This document shows, in pieces, positions 24,277 through 37,092 of a stretch of DNA of 64,000 nucleotides. Each line of letters begins with the position of its first letter. The stretch's first letter is position 1. This DNA comes from Toensbergia leucococca (lineage: Eukaryota), in assembly GCA_022813965.1 (NCBI GenBank), contig JALDZS010000023.1, forward strand, positions 124,001 to 188,000, written 5' to 3'. The notes beneath the pieces are model-generated. The model did no database searches and had not been told where the DNA came from. It saw only the letters and a program-made list of their open reading frames with translations. A program made the position numbers and the translations under genes.

Positions 24277-27200
24277 TCAGGGACTCGGCGTCCCCTCCTC
24301 ATACCTCGGCCCATCATCACCCCCCCACGCCGCCGGCGTCTCAGGCTGTCCACTATACGGCGTCGGTGCATCGGCCGCGAAGCCAGAAAACTTGGGTGTC
24401 TGAGCTGCCGCGGCAGGTGTGGCGGCCGAGTAGCCGTTCGAAGGCGTCGCGACGGTATGGAGGTCTTTGCCCGGGGTAGGGGCGTCGTAGGGGCGACCGC
24501 TGTTGGTGGGGGTTGGGGCTGTGGTTGGGACTGTGGAGGTGGATGACCAGGGGTCCAGGTGGGGTTGCTGGTGAGTGGAGGTTGAGGTGTAGGCGGGGGT
24601 ACGGGAGGAGTCCGGGGCGTAGGCGGGGGTTTTGGAGCCATGGGGATCGCCGTAGGAGGTACGGGCTCCGGGATCCCAAGCTGGAGTGCGCTGTCGTCGG
24701 TGGGGTAAGCTTTTGGATGATGGGGAAAGGTGCTGGGGGAACTTACGCCTCCGGCGCCGCCGTAAGCGGTACGGTTACCGTCGGCGTAGGGATTTACGGT
24801 CCGGCCTCCATCAGCAGCATAGGCGGGAGTGCGGCCGCCGTCTTGGCGCCATGTTGGAGTTCGCGATGGCAAGCCTCCACCTGACCATGCGGGTGCTTTG
24901 TTGTGTCAGTAGATTCTCGTAGGGGTATGGCTTTGGTGACTTACTTCTGGCTGCGGCGCCCCAGGCTGGGGTTCGGCCTCCTTGCGGGCCCATTGGGGTA
25001 CGGCCACCCGACCAGTCAGGAACTCTCGAAGGTGTTGCGCCCCCAAAACCACCTCGCATGCCATCGCCTCTGCCACGACCGCCAGCAAAGCGTTGGTAGT
25101 CGATTGACTGGCCTGTTAGGGCACTGGTGGATATTAGTTTTCTACGTGGTCAAGAACAAAGGGTGGAACATACTCTTTGAATCCTAAAGTGTCCTTGGAA
25201 ACGGTGATGGTTTTACTCTTGGTATGTAGCTCTACGCGTGCCTCGCCATCTGTTGTATCCTTGACGATACCAAGCAAACCTTTGTATGGGCCCTTTCGAA
25301 TAGTGACCGTCTGACCCAAGGCTCTGTCTCGGCCGAATGACTTGGGTGGTGGTGCCATAGAATTGCCGTTGGCGCCATTTCTTTGACGAGCTGGGTCCAT
25401 TCTTGAGAGGTCAGGTCCACTGCCGGCGCCTTGGGCCACTCTTCCACCTTTCGCTGCCACGGTCGCAACGTTGGTAGCCCGTACGACTGAGATACCTGAA
25501 TTTTCAGTCTGTTCGCGGTTGTGCAAGAATAGGAACGAGCGGTAGATGTGTAGTATGACACCTTGCCTCGACTCGCCACCAACCTCGCGGACAGTATCGT
25601 CATTTCGGATCTCCGAGCCATCTCGGTCTGTGGATATCGCATGTCGTCGCCGCTCAATCTTGTTGGAAATTTGCGAGGGCATTATGGATCTAACAGAGCC
25701 GTTCTGATCCAAAACACGTAATGACTCGCGGTCAACTTTGGTTACGCAGGCTACAGTTGCCGGGCTAGAGTTTTGTCAATAATGTGAGTGTCGTACTAGG
25801 AATGAAGGGACTATACTCACTCCAGCTGCACTAAGTCGTGTATGTCGTATCTACCAAGCCCTCCAGCAACTCCAGAATCACTTGCCTCTCTAAGGTCCTT
25901 GCTAAAAACCGTAATCTCTTGCATACTGAGGTCACTCAAGATAGTGACTCTGTCATCCTTGATGCGAACGACCATACCAACCTCATCACGATAGCGACTG
26001 CCCCCAATGACTTTGACGTGATCGCCTTCCCTGAAGCGCTTGCGGAGGCCCTTGGTTGGAACCTCGATACTTTGCCCTCGGAGTTCGCCATCGGTAACAC
26101 TCAAGGTCACGATGTCTCCACGTACCGATACTGCTTTGCCAACGACCCCCTGCTGTTCGCCTTCATAGACTTCAACCATGTCACCTGGGAGATAGTTGTC
26201 GTTCGCGGTATTGTTCTTGATACTTGATGCCAGTGCAGCCAAATCGAGGTTCTCAGTCCCATCTTCTGCGCCTGCAGTGAATCTCGTGACCTCTTCAAGA
26301 GTAGGATTGACGTTTTGCGTGATGACATGTTGAATCTTGAAATCCTTGATCAGAAAACCATTGATGTAAGTATCATTGAGATAAGTCCAATGCTTCCTAT
26401 CAAACGTAGATATTGATTGTAGATATTTCGAGTGCTTCTTCTTAGCTTCAACATCACTGAACAGTCGCTGTGGTGGCTTGGATGCTGGATTCACGAGACC
26501 GAGTCCACGTTGCCTTTTGCGCTTCTGTGCGTCTCCCTTTACCCCGTTATCTATCATTGGAGCATTTGCGTCCTCATTGAGCCCGTAATCCAAACGAGGG
26601 ACTATCCGTAACGTTGCTTCGAGTCCGTTAGTCTCGACATCGTCAATCTGAGCTAAGTCGCCCGCATATTTTCCACGCTTTAGGCGCACGTAACCCCCAG
26701 GTTGTAGTTGTTGCGACTTGGTAACGCGAAGTAAGTCTGGCATTTCCTTGATTGGGACTAAAACAACCTTGGTCCTGGGGTATACATTGCTCAGGCCGTC
26801 AAGAGCGGTCAGGATGTCTGCCTGCTTACGGGCTTCGATGTAAACGTATCCAATCATAGTGCCTCCGCGCTCAAATGCGGAAATAATGGGCAATGGATTC
26901 TTCGATGAAGCTTTTGCTTCGACTCTCTTCATGATACCAAATACTACCTCTCGTTCCTTTCCGGGTTTGCACTTGACCCCCCAAATGCTGGGATCCTCCA
27001 CGCTTGGCAGGAGGAGACGCTTTGGAACAGTGACTGCATCTGTAGTTGTAGTCCGAGATCTACCGTACCGTTCCTTCAATAACTGGGCTTGTTTTTCAGC
27101 ATCCATCTGCTGTGCCCGTTCGCGCTGTCGGTCAAGCTCTCTGTGCCCCCTGTCGTCCGTCTCTGCACCAACTGGGAGATCGGCAAGGTCATCTGGATGT

Positions 27201-27755
27201 GTGTCGGCAATGAAAGGGTCGGCCTGTCCTTCCTCATCTTCCTCGTCCCCTTCATCTTCTTCGTCAACTTCGGCTTCGACATCTAGGTATTGGTTTCGGG
27301 GATCTCGACGGATTCTCTTGCGTGGTCGACCCTAACAAGTCAGTAATGGGGCTATCACATGGAAGCAAACGAGATTGTCTTACAGAGACTTCCTCCTCTT
27401 CATCGTCATCGTCTTCTTCGTCCTCATCGTCGTCGTCGCCGTCACCATTGACTTTGTCCGCACCAATGCCTTCAGTATCTGATTCTTCCTCATGTCCACC
27501 ATCATCACTAAGGTGACCATTACTCGGTCTCCCGTTTAATTTCACATTTTGGGTAGTCCTTGCATCCTCGTCTTCGTCTTCATAATGTTCTTCTTGCGAA
27601 GAGCGTTGTATCTGCTCGAGATCTCTGGACTTTGCCCTCAAGTCCTCGTTGTCATCGTCCCCCTCAGCTTCGTTGTCTGAGTCCACCGCCGGTGCAGGAT
27701 TGAAATTATCGTCTCCTGATTCCGAGCCAAAGTCCTGATCGATTGCGGAAGCCAT
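24277..27755 (-). CDS. SPT5: Transcription elongation factor Spt5 (6 exons)
   Basis: Acidic N-terminus, NGN domain ([20 protein letters not shown]), KOW motifs, RTPAW C-terminal repeats; last exon ends ..YEEGTPSP* at 24277. Confidence 0.96.
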
Positions 27756-28664
27756 ATGTGATGAGCCGTCCCTGGATGTAGCAGATATTCGACTTCAGCA
27801 TCAAAATGTGAGCTTTGCATGAAGCAGAATCTGCCTGGCCCTTGGTTTCTTTGTCGATGATTTGAAGCCCAGGTATCCGTACTCCGTACCTAGCGACAAA
27901 ATGTCATTGGTCTGTAAAGATGGTAAGCTAAGCCATAAGCAGACGTCCGAAATGAGCTAGCACGCTAGGTATTGGATCGAATCACGTGTGGGTTCTACCT
28001 AGTGTCCTCGGCCCTGGATGAATATTCGAGCGACCACAAGTACCCTCAGCCCTACGGAGTACTCCGCACTGGATCAAATTAGGGCTCTCGAGGGCTCTAG
28101 CACTGCCTTCATCCGAAGAGGACGGAGGGAGGCTTGTCTGGCACTCGGAAGTTGCATGAACAAGACATAACAGCACTCCTAGATCTTCTCAAACACATCA
28201 TGTTGTAAGCTCCATAGTATTGACAATCTTTGACTCATACGAGCAGCATAACAGAGTATCACTTGATCTACGGAAAGTCTCGACATTGAGAAATAATTTG
28301 CGAAAGCCCGGTTCGTATCCCAACGCATTTCCGACGTCAGCCACTTCTAAGAAACCTATTATGGAGCCTCCTAAGATAGAGTGTGAGCAGCCTTCAGCTA
28401 AGGAAGATAATGTGCCATTTAGGGTCGTGGCGCCGTTATGTTGGCGAAGCAGGCAATAATCCAACTTCCAAATGTATATCAATAATCCTCGGCAGTGCGA
28501 CTCAGCCTATGCAATTAATGTTGTTGCCATGTCCAATATTTCTCATCAGCAACTACACAAGCCATTTTATCTGTTTCCTACATAAGTCCTCCGCTTCACC
28601 AGATCCCTTCTCTCAATTACTCTCAGCGATAAAAAGACCCTTTGATCTGCTAAATTCTGGTAAA

Positions 28665-29228
28665 ATGCTTCCAAGTCGCGACAATACTGCTTCTCCACCG
28701 CCTCCTTATGATCGAGTCTCCCCACAACCAAGATCTCCTTCTCCGAATCTTCTTGCTTCAATGAGAAATCTTGTACCAATGCCTTTAAGAAGATCGCGAT
28801 CACCTTCGCGACCGCCGAGAGAAGACGAAGAGTTGAGACCTCGCGACGCTAGTCTCCTCACCGTACCTGATTCGCATACTTCCCACAGACTTGAGATTAG
28901 TCAACCTCAGCCCATCAGTCCTAACTTTAGTCTGCCTCGACGAGGGAGCCATGACCCAGAACGGAGCCGAGAGCGTCATCGCGAGCAAATTCCAAGTATG
29001 ATTGACTACTTGACGCTAGAGCAGCTAGAGAACGTATGGCGAAAGCAAGACACCTACAAAGGATGTGTCGAAATTCCCCAAAAAACCAAACGACAAAACC
29101 GACGGAGCGGAGAGTACCAAGCACCCCATGCGGTTCATCGCCCCAGTCTCAGGGACCAACATTACAGATCTCACGAGGACCTCGAGAGATATAGGCGTGG
29201 TGTTGCGCCTCCCAGCCGTTGGATATGA
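28665..29228 (+). CDS. Small hypothetical protein
   Basis: ATG at 28665, Pro/Ser/Arg-rich with an ordered-looking core MIDYLTLEQLENVWRKQDTYKGCV. Confidence 0.55.
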   Translation: MLPSRDNTASPPPPYDRVSPQPRSPSPNLLASMRNLVPMPLRRSRSPSRPPREDEELRPRDASLLTVPDSHTSHRLEISQPQPISPNFSLPRRGSHDPERSRERHREQIPSMIDYLTLEQLENVWRKQDTYKGCVEIPQKTKRQNRRSGEYQAPHAVHRPSLRDQHYRSHEDLERYRRGVAPPSRWI

Positions 29229-30818
29229 AATTTTGCGAGATAACATGCCTTTTTTTCCATTTCCCAGGGTACCATGCTCTGTATAGCCAATACTGGCTTC
29301 TGCAGGCTGCTAGAAGACGTCGAGGTTGAGCAAAGATGGCGTCTCACCATCTTAGGGTGCACGAACCCGAGCTCGAGCTCAAATACCTTGGCGAATCGCG
29401 GGATAGTGCGGTCAACAGGTTGCCGCTGACATAAGCCTGAAAACAACTACGATATGCCGGTGGTAGCCAGACTTATAGGCGCCATCCAATGTTATGATAC
29501 TCGGCCGCCAAACCTCAAGTGCTACAGCCATTGAAATACGAGGCATTGGTGAAACACAAGACAAAAGCCGAGACACATTCAATATGAAAATGAACTCCAT
29601 GGCATATGCAGTGATCACCTCTATTCCATACTACGAGGGCAGCGACAATGACACGAAAGAGCAAAAGCATGGACTGGCATGGTATTGGAGACTCTGTCAG
29701 GTGGAAGTGTCTGGACAGGAACGAGATAGCTGCGCCAGGGCTCGGTTCCAGTAGGCAGCAGGTCTCATGTAGGCGAAGAACGCAAAGAGTGTTATATGCA
29801 CCGGATGGATCTGTTGGAGTGGTGCCTTGGTCGGATGGAGTAGGATTTGATTTAGATGTGAGGATGAGCAAGGAGAGCACAGTCAAAAGTAGGGTGGCTG
29901 ATGAAATGGCGAGGTGACATAGCCACACTATATACTTGGCATTTTGAGAAAGATGCAGAGAGTATACACTCGATTCAGCCTCGTGGAAGTGTGCATGATG
30001 GCCTACAGAATAGACGGTGTCAAGATATGCTTCTAAATGCCAAAGTCTCAAATTGTTAACAAGTTGCAAATATTAGTTTTACATGAAGTGTGTCACAGCA
30101 TTGCTGCATCAAGTATGAAAAAGGCATGAATGTCAAATTGATAGTGGTCTGATTGGTGCAGCGGTCAATGGAGGAGGTGATAATTTATGCAGGTGGTGGT
30201 GCAGATGTAGGCGGCTGGGGAAGCAACAGCACGATTGGATTGCCTCGGCCGTTGAAAAGCAGCTTATCCAGACAAGGTAGGTACGAGTTACATGTCATGT
30301 AAGTAAGGTATGTAGTAAGTGATAAGTAGCAAGTAGTAAGTAAAGCGATGATGTGATTGGAAGATGAGTACGGAGTAGTGTATTCTGTGAGGATTGTAGC
30401 GCTTACAGGTCCCGAAAAGCAGGGACGAGGGGACCATGATCGAAGCTTCTCCTCTCAGAATTCCCACCGCTACACCCCCCCCCGGCGGCTGGACGCCGTG
30501 GCTTGATTGGTCGTGATGCTGGAATGAAATGGGTGTGACGCTTTGCCCTTAGCTTCGATAATCATTCGAACCATTCTCAGCTGAGATGGCTGTGTTCTAC
30601 GAGTACTCACACTCCTACTCCTTCCTCTCTCGATACGTCTTCAAAGTAAGGCTTAATCGACCGTTAAATTTCCCTTTCCCTTTCCTATTCCTATTACTAC
30701 TCCATAGCTAGAGTATTGATGGATTCAGTCCTAGTTCTATGACCACTTCCCCACCATTGACTCCCAAATCCCCACTATCGCATCGCCTGTCTTTTCCGCT
30801 TCTCAGGCCTAGGGCAGG

Positions 30819-32146
30819 ATGGACGCCTCCCAACCATTACGTCCGAAGGGTCCGCTCTCGAGATACGTCGTCCCAGCACTGCTCGTAACCCTAACCATAC
30901 CACACACCACTGCTCTCGAGGTCCTGCCCGACTCATCCTGCCTCGCGACATGCACGAAAAACTCCGCGTCGCCCAGCACCGACGGCAGCGATATCACCTG
31001 CTACGACCCTGGCTACAACGACACGGCCGTTGGCACCAGTTTTCAAAACTGCGTGTCATGTGAATTGCAAGGGCAGACGACAGACAGAGCATCAGGACAA
31101 ACAGACCTAGGGACAGCGTTATGTAGAAATCCCACAATTATCCCTCATACCGTATCAGCTGACAAGCCAATTCTCAGATAACATGAGATATGCCGTTGAC
31201 TGGTGCCTGTACGGCTTCCCACAGCCCAATAGCCAAACAGCCTCAAATCCGTGCATCGAATCCTGTGCCAAGCTCTCTCCCAGCATGGAAACAAACATCC
31301 TGACCCCGAACGTCTCGACCCCCTACGACTACTGCCAGAACACCGACTTCTCCGCTAACGTGGGCATTTGTGCTTACTGCATCTCCTTAGTCCCCAACCA
31401 ACTCTACCTCTCAAATTGTAAGGCATTCCCTAAGCCTCTCTCTCTAGAAAAAACAACAAATATAAACCCAATTTACCGACTAACTTCTCCCCAAAACAGT
31501 CCTCAACGTCCTTAAATCCACCTGCCAAACCCTTCCCGCCAACAACACCCCCTTCGCAATCCCTCCCTCCCAAATCTTCACCCTCTCCCCCCCCTCCACC
31601 TATTCAACCAGCGCCTCAACCACCTCCTCTTCCTCCTCGAGCCTCCCTCTCTCCACAAAACTCGCAATCGGCATTACCATTCCTATCGTCATCATCCTCC
31701 TCCTAGCCTTCGGCCTCTACTGGTACAGCCGCCTCCGCAACTCCCGCCCCTCGCGCTTCCAAGAATCCTACCTGCACTCCCGCTTCGGCGACCCCACAAT
31801 CAGCAGTCCCAGCCATCAGCGAAACAGGGGATCCTCGTACCCCAATCCCAACTACGGTCGCCCCCAAGCAGCACCTCCATCCCCGCTACCCCTCCTGCCC
31901 CGCTCCCTGGGAACCGTCGACAAAGGCAAACAGCCCGAAATGGCGCCGAGTCCGAGCTTCGATCCGCCCCCGCGGGAGGAAGCGACGGGGCAGGAGAGGA
32001 AGACCAGTTGGGGAAAGAGGATTAGAGATCTGACGCCTCCGGCTGCGAAGCCGAAGCCGAAGCCGAAGATTGTGATTGATACCGTCAGTGTGCCGCGGAG
32101 GAACGGAGGGTGGACAGATCCGAGTCCGCAAAGCTTGTTTGGGTAG
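30819..32146 (+). CDS. Cys-rich single-pass membrane protein (fungal 'LPXTG-domain'-like family); introns 31123-31177, 31418-31499
   Basis: Signal peptide, Cys-rich ectodomain (SC..TC..ITCYD..CVSC..L|YNMRYAVDWC), TM LAIGITIPIVIILLLAFGLYWY; spliced frame runs into the 31940-32146 ORF. Confidence 0.8.
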
Positions 32147-32708
32147 GTGTGGAGGTTGTTGATTTTACTGGCGTTATATTGAAATGAATTTTTCCTTTGT
32201 TAGACGTGATGGGAGTTTTTTATATAAATGGGAGGGCTTGGGGAGGTACTCCGTAGGGGAGCTGGATTTGCTTTGTATCTATGGGGAGTTTTTTTCGAAA
32301 CGGCTCTTTTCCATAGGGGATTCTATTTCCTTTTAGGGAACTTGGCGCCGAAAGATGATGAAAAATCCGTTGTACCTCAAAATACTATGGGTTTGTCTGA
32401 CTGACCATTGTGTTTCAAGCCATGTGTACCTATCAGGCCTCAAAATAGCGATTGGGATCCATGAAAAAAAGGCATCGAAACATTTCCCATAATCTGCACT
32501 TTTTTCTGCAGAGAGAAAAAACATGGTGTGCCATGGACAAACTAGCTAGGTCGTGCTCTCATCTACAAATCGCAAACGGTTACATCACGCAAAACCAACC
32601 TCCTCCCGAACAAAGATTCTAGATTTCCAGCCGCCAAAGAACCATATACTCCAACCCCGATCCCAGACCCAGTTCACCTCTGATGGCCCAAGCACCTCCC
32701 CAAAATCC

Positions 32709-35700
32709 TCACACAATCCCCAACCCCACCCTCCCCTCCCCAACCCCATTCCATCCAGTACTAGCACTAGCACCAGCGCCCGCGCCCACACCCGCACCCG
32801 CACTCCTCCCCCGCTCCCGCATCATCCGTCTCCCCTCCATCAACCCCCTCAAGCCCCTTTTCTGCAATCCAACCACACAGCTCCCCTCCCCAGTCCATGC
32901 CTCCATACCAATATCCGTATCCACAAGCTCGCTATCGGCAAGACTGCTCGCCAAACTCCCACTCACACTGCTCCCCTCGTCCTCTTCGCTTTCCCCTCCC
33001 CCATCACCCCCAACTCCATTTTCCTCCTTGACCATCAATCCCTCCATCTTATCCAAGTCCTCGCCTCGGGTTGCTCCGTCCTCGCCCAAGCCGAAGCCTG
33101 TGCCTCGGCCGCCGCCGGCGGCCATGGCGGTGGCGTTGAAGACGGCGGCTGCGTTGTGGCGATCGAGGACTTGGTGGAGGCGCTCGACGACGGCTTCGAG
33201 GAGGCCGTCGACGCGGTAGGGGCGCGCGAGTTGGAGGAGAGAGCAAAGAATTTGGGGGGTGCAGAGTTGGTGGTTTAGTGGTGGGAGGGAGGAGGTGTAG
33301 AGGTAGTGGATTAGGGACTGGAGGGTGAGGTTTGTGTGAGGGAGATAGAGGGTGCGGGGGCGGGAGAGTGGGGGCAGAGATAGTGTTGTGAGGGGCTCGA
33401 GGTGAGGACTCTTTGTGATAGATGTGGTGGTGGAGTGAGCGGTAGAGGGGGCGAGGGTACTGGCTGTGGCAGAGTACGTGGTGCCAAGGCTGGGAGTAAT
33501 AGTCAGGCTTGAGTTGCGGGAGTTTGAAACGGAGATTCGGGATTGGTTTGGCTGTGGCTGGAGTGTGGTAGCTTCAGAGGATGGGGATACACCGTCGTGG
33601 AAAGATGTTTTAGGAGTGGATGAAGCGGCTTCGTGAAGAAGATGGAGGAAATAGGGACCCCACCGGCGGGCAAGAAGTTGGGAATTCACAGGGATACGCT
33701 CCCCTGAGATTGCGAGGAGATCCATATCTGCAAGCTCACGGAAATTCATGGCCATTTGACCGAGTTCTATGGAGGCGCTGAAGTATGGACGGCCACCTGC
33801 AGTGTAGGAGAAGGGCTTGGGAATAAGGGAAGGAGGGAGTACGGGAGCACTGAAGGAAGGGTAGGCGGATGTGGGCGAGGCGCGACGGGGATTTTCGTAG
33901 AGGCCGAACGCTTCCAATTCGACCATACAGATGTTGGAGAAGTTGATGCGGCGGAGGTGATAGTCTTCTACTAGACTGCGTTTGCGATTGCCAAGTATGA
34001 CAAAGGTGTTTCGACGAGGCCATAGGACTCCTCTGTTCCAGCTACCCTGGCTGAAGACGCTTCCTCCAACGTCTATACGGCTCCAGGACAGCGTTTTCAG
34101 GTCTAGTGCCCACAGGGCATACTCTTGCTTGGACGATGTGAGGTATGTTCCGCTTACGACAAAATTATTGTCCAGAACACCACCGTTCGGAAAGCGGAGT
34201 CCTGGTGGCGAAAATTGCGAGTTCATCGGCTTTTCAGCCAACGAGCCGTCTGACAAACGTACTTGTAACTCCAGTTTCACATCTAGAAAGTTATAATTTG
34301 AGTATATCAACATCGAAGAGCTCTCATTGCTCGAATCAGAACTCTTCAGTGAATTTTCAGAGCCATTTAGCTGGTCCGGACCGCTTCCAATGCTTGAGGC
34401 TGGCATGCTTGTCAGTGGAACAATCACACTTCTGTAAGCACCACAGCTTCTTCCAAGTGTATGCGCAGAGGTCCATTTGAGACTTCGTAAATTGAAAACA
34501 TTAATTTGCTCAATGTAGTGATTGGAGTTATCTTGACCTCCAACAACGACCATCTCCGCTCCTCCTTTACCATCTAGAGCCACACCTATAGATCCTTGGT
34601 TGGGATTTGAAGATGCAGGATTATGGTGTATTGCGGAAAGCGGCGCGTTTGCAGAAGTGAACGTCGCAGACGAAGGCAATACAGCAGCGCAATGCGCATA
34701 GCGTCCTTGTGGTGTATTCGTGGTAGGTATATATGTCCAAGTTCGTGTGGGAGCATCATATATATGGATATCTGACAGCACCACCACTTCTGATTGTGAA
34801 TCCAAAGGATTCGCTTGCTGTTGAGCTGTATTGCTTGGCAACTGATTCGATGGCAGAGATGATGGTGACATACCACCGTAACATATTAATTTCGTGTCGC
34901 CTAAAGTACACACACTATGAAAGTATCTTGGAGTAGGCGTATCCCCAATTGTCTCGACCTTTGTCCAGTGCCGTCGAATAAGATCCAGTTCGTACAGGTC
35001 TGAAGTAAGCTGAGGCCGTCTTCGCGAAAGTATCCGCCCTCCAAACACGTAGAGCTTGTCACCCAATATTGATGTTGTTGCGCCAACCAGAGCATGGGGC
35101 TCATTGCCTGTAGTTCTGTGCACATTGCAGACTAAACCGGAAAGATTTGTAGTCCCGTTGAAGGATTGGCTTACTGCGGGTGATGGCCCTCCAGAATATG
35201 GAGTAGTGCCACCAAACTTTGACGGAGGCGATACTGTATCAGCGTTTTGCAGTGCATCTGATGCTATATCTTGATTCAGGCTGGAATGGCTGCTATTCAC
35301 GCCTCCCGGATATGCGCTCGAAGACGGCTTGAAGTGCGCAGAATACATCTGGCTGGGTGATTGGATTGAAACATCGGAATCGAAAGTCCTTGTTCTGCTT
35401 TCATTCGTGGCGGGACGTGCCATATCTCGTAACGACAACTCGCACGAATGTGGTGCCGGCGGCGACACTCGGGGTGTATTGCACTCGCTGCCCGAAGGAG
35501 TGGGTGGGAAAAGACTGTATGGTTGAGCGAAAGTCGGTATGACAATGGGTATATGCCGAGGCCTTTGACTAATAGTCAATGGCAACGATGCATCCTCCCT
35601 ACCAGATTCGAAAAGAACAGGGAAAACCGGTCGCTCTTCTCCGTCCTGATGTTTTGGAGAGTCTGGAAGATCTTTCAATACTGACTCGATAATGCCCGGC

Positions 35701-35963
35701 GTAATAACAATTGGTATATGCCGCGGTCTACGCCTGCGGAGTTCATAGACAGCGTCTGAGGATGAAGATCTGTATGCCTCAATATCCGTCTGCTCATATA
35801 GTGAAGTATCATGAAGGATTCTCGACGTTGAACGGCGCTTCCTGAAGGCCTCGACTATGGGGGGACTCCCTCGACGAGAGTGGGGAAGATGTCGGCGGTC
35901 GAAAGGGTGTAGCACGCCCGGCTTGAGCTCCCAATCAGCGTGTTGAATGTCTGTCGAAGTCAT
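32709..35963 (-). CDS. RAL2: Ral2/Mds3-like kelch-repeat and BTB-like regulatory protein
   Basis: PHALVGATT..KLYVFGG, PRYFHS, PPGLRFP, GSWNRG, LARRWGPYF, RPRTLYLP and LCSLLQLARPY motifs. Start uncertain. Confidence 0.82.
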   Translation of the reverse strand: MTSTDIQHADWELKPGVLHPFDRRHLPHSRRGSPPIVEAFRKRRSTSRILHDTSLYEQTDIEAYRSSSSDAVYELRRRRPRHIPIVITPGIIESVLKDLPDSPKHQDGEERPVFPVLFESGREDASLPLTISQRPRHIPIVIPTFAQPYSLFPPTPSGSECNTPRVSPPAPHSCELSLRDMARPATNESRTRTFDSDVSIQSPSQMYSAHFKPSSSAYPGGVNSSHSSLNQDIASDALQNADTVSPPSKFGGTTPYSGGPSPAVSQSFNGTTNLSGLVCNVHRTTGNEPHALVGATTSILGDKLYVFGGRILSRRRPQLTSDLYELDLIRRHWTKVETIGDTPTPRYFHSVCTLGDTKLICYGGMSPSSLPSNQLPSNTAQQQANPLDSQSEVVVLSDIHIYDAPTRTWTYIPTTNTPQGRYAHCAAVLPSSATFTSANAPLSAIHHNPASSNPNQGSIGVALDGKGGAEMVVVGGQDNSNHYIEQINVFNLRSLKWTSAHTLGRSCGAYRSVIVPLTSMPASSIGSGPDQLNGSENSLKSSDSSNESSSMLIYSNYNFLDVKLELQVRLSDGSLAEKPMNSQFSPPGLRFPNGGVLDNNFVVSGTYLTSSKQEYALWALDLKTLSWSRIDVGGSVFSQGSWNRGVLWPRRNTFVILGNRKRSLVEDYHLRRINFSNICMVELEAFGLYENPRRASPTSAYPSFSAPVLPPSLIPKPFSYTAGGRPYFSASIELGQMAMNFRELADMDLLAISGERIPVNSQLLARRWGPYFLHLLHEAASSTPKTSFHDGVSPSSEATTLQPQPNQSRISVSNSRNSSLTITPSLGTTYSATASTLAPSTAHSTTTSITKSPHLEPLTTLSLPPLSRPRTLYLPHTNLTLQSLIHYLYTSSLPPLNHQLCTPQILCSLLQLARPYRVDGLLEAVVERLHQVLDRHNAAAVFNATAMAAGGGRGTGFGLGEDGATRGEDLDKMEGLMVKEENGVGGDGGGESEEDEGSSVSGSLASSLADSELVDTDIGMEAWTGEGSCVVGLQKRGLRGLMEGRRMMRERGRSAGAGVGAGAGASASTGWNGVGEGRVGLGIV

Positions 35964-37092
35964 GATGAGCTGCGGCCAATCTTCCAAAGTGAAATAGAGA
36001 TTGAAGTGATATAGGAAAAAGAAAGAGGAAAGACCAAGTCCATCAGGAAATTCCCTTCTACTCACACAAACTGCAGTCGGACCCGAGACTCGAACAGGCT
36101 CTACCTTTCTTCGGCCAAGTACATACGATCACTCTCCTTGCCGGGGAAGTCACAGCTGTCTCGCTCGGCAACGTACCTAATGTCTAAGACCCTTGCGTAA
36201 CGAGCAGGCTTCTTCCAGGCGTTGCACAACGTGCAAGATTTGACATGGCTGTTGGAGATGTCAATGATAGGTCCTGCAGTCTTAAAGTGAACACTTCCTT
36301 GTGCGGTGCCACGGAACTCCAATTCGGCGTAAGGGCACATTCAGCTGCACACAACACTACTCTTTAGGGCAGGGTTCACAATACGGGTCGAGGCTATCTG
36401 CTAGATTTGGTCGGCAACAAGGATCTCATCCGCCGACACTACCTAAGGCTCGGTGAGACGACGAGTGAGACCGACCTACTTCGTAGACGAGAGCGACGAG
36501 AGACATAGAAGTGATCAAGATGCAGCAAACTTCCATTTGATAAACACAATGAGCTTTCTTCATCGCTCGGCGTTGCTTGTGAGGCCTGACCATCTGTTCC
36601 TTGTCCTTTCAAGCAAATCTGAACATACGTTATGAGGCCACTTAGACTTCCTGATTAAAATGTCTAGCATGATCGGTCCTATGCTTTGAGGGCCTTCATA
36701 TGAGGATGGAGTTTAGTTAAGTGGGGGACATGACAGGTCAACGAAATGTAATGTTCATGTTCGACAGAACACAAGCATTGTTCTTCATCATTTACGTTAC
36801 ATACACTCATGCTCACTTTTCACTCTTGACCTGTTTTCTTTTAGATTATGCTATTGGCATTTCTGCATTCGCCGACTATCGCCTACGATACAACCTCATC
36901 TGTCGTCCCTAGTCGTGCCATGATGCTTTCTAGCTTCCAACAAAGAAGCACGCCTGCATCCTAGTGTCTCTGACAATCCTGCCCCGAGCTCCGTGAATGT
37001 GCATCCAAACGTCCCCCATGCTCCTTACAATGCATCGTAATGTACATCCTAGCTTGCGCCATCTGATATCTGTTGTAAAGCTGACATCCTCT

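Noticed and set aside
29515..30069. 184-aa minus-strand ORF
   Set aside because: TTG start, no motif, no convincing splice model.
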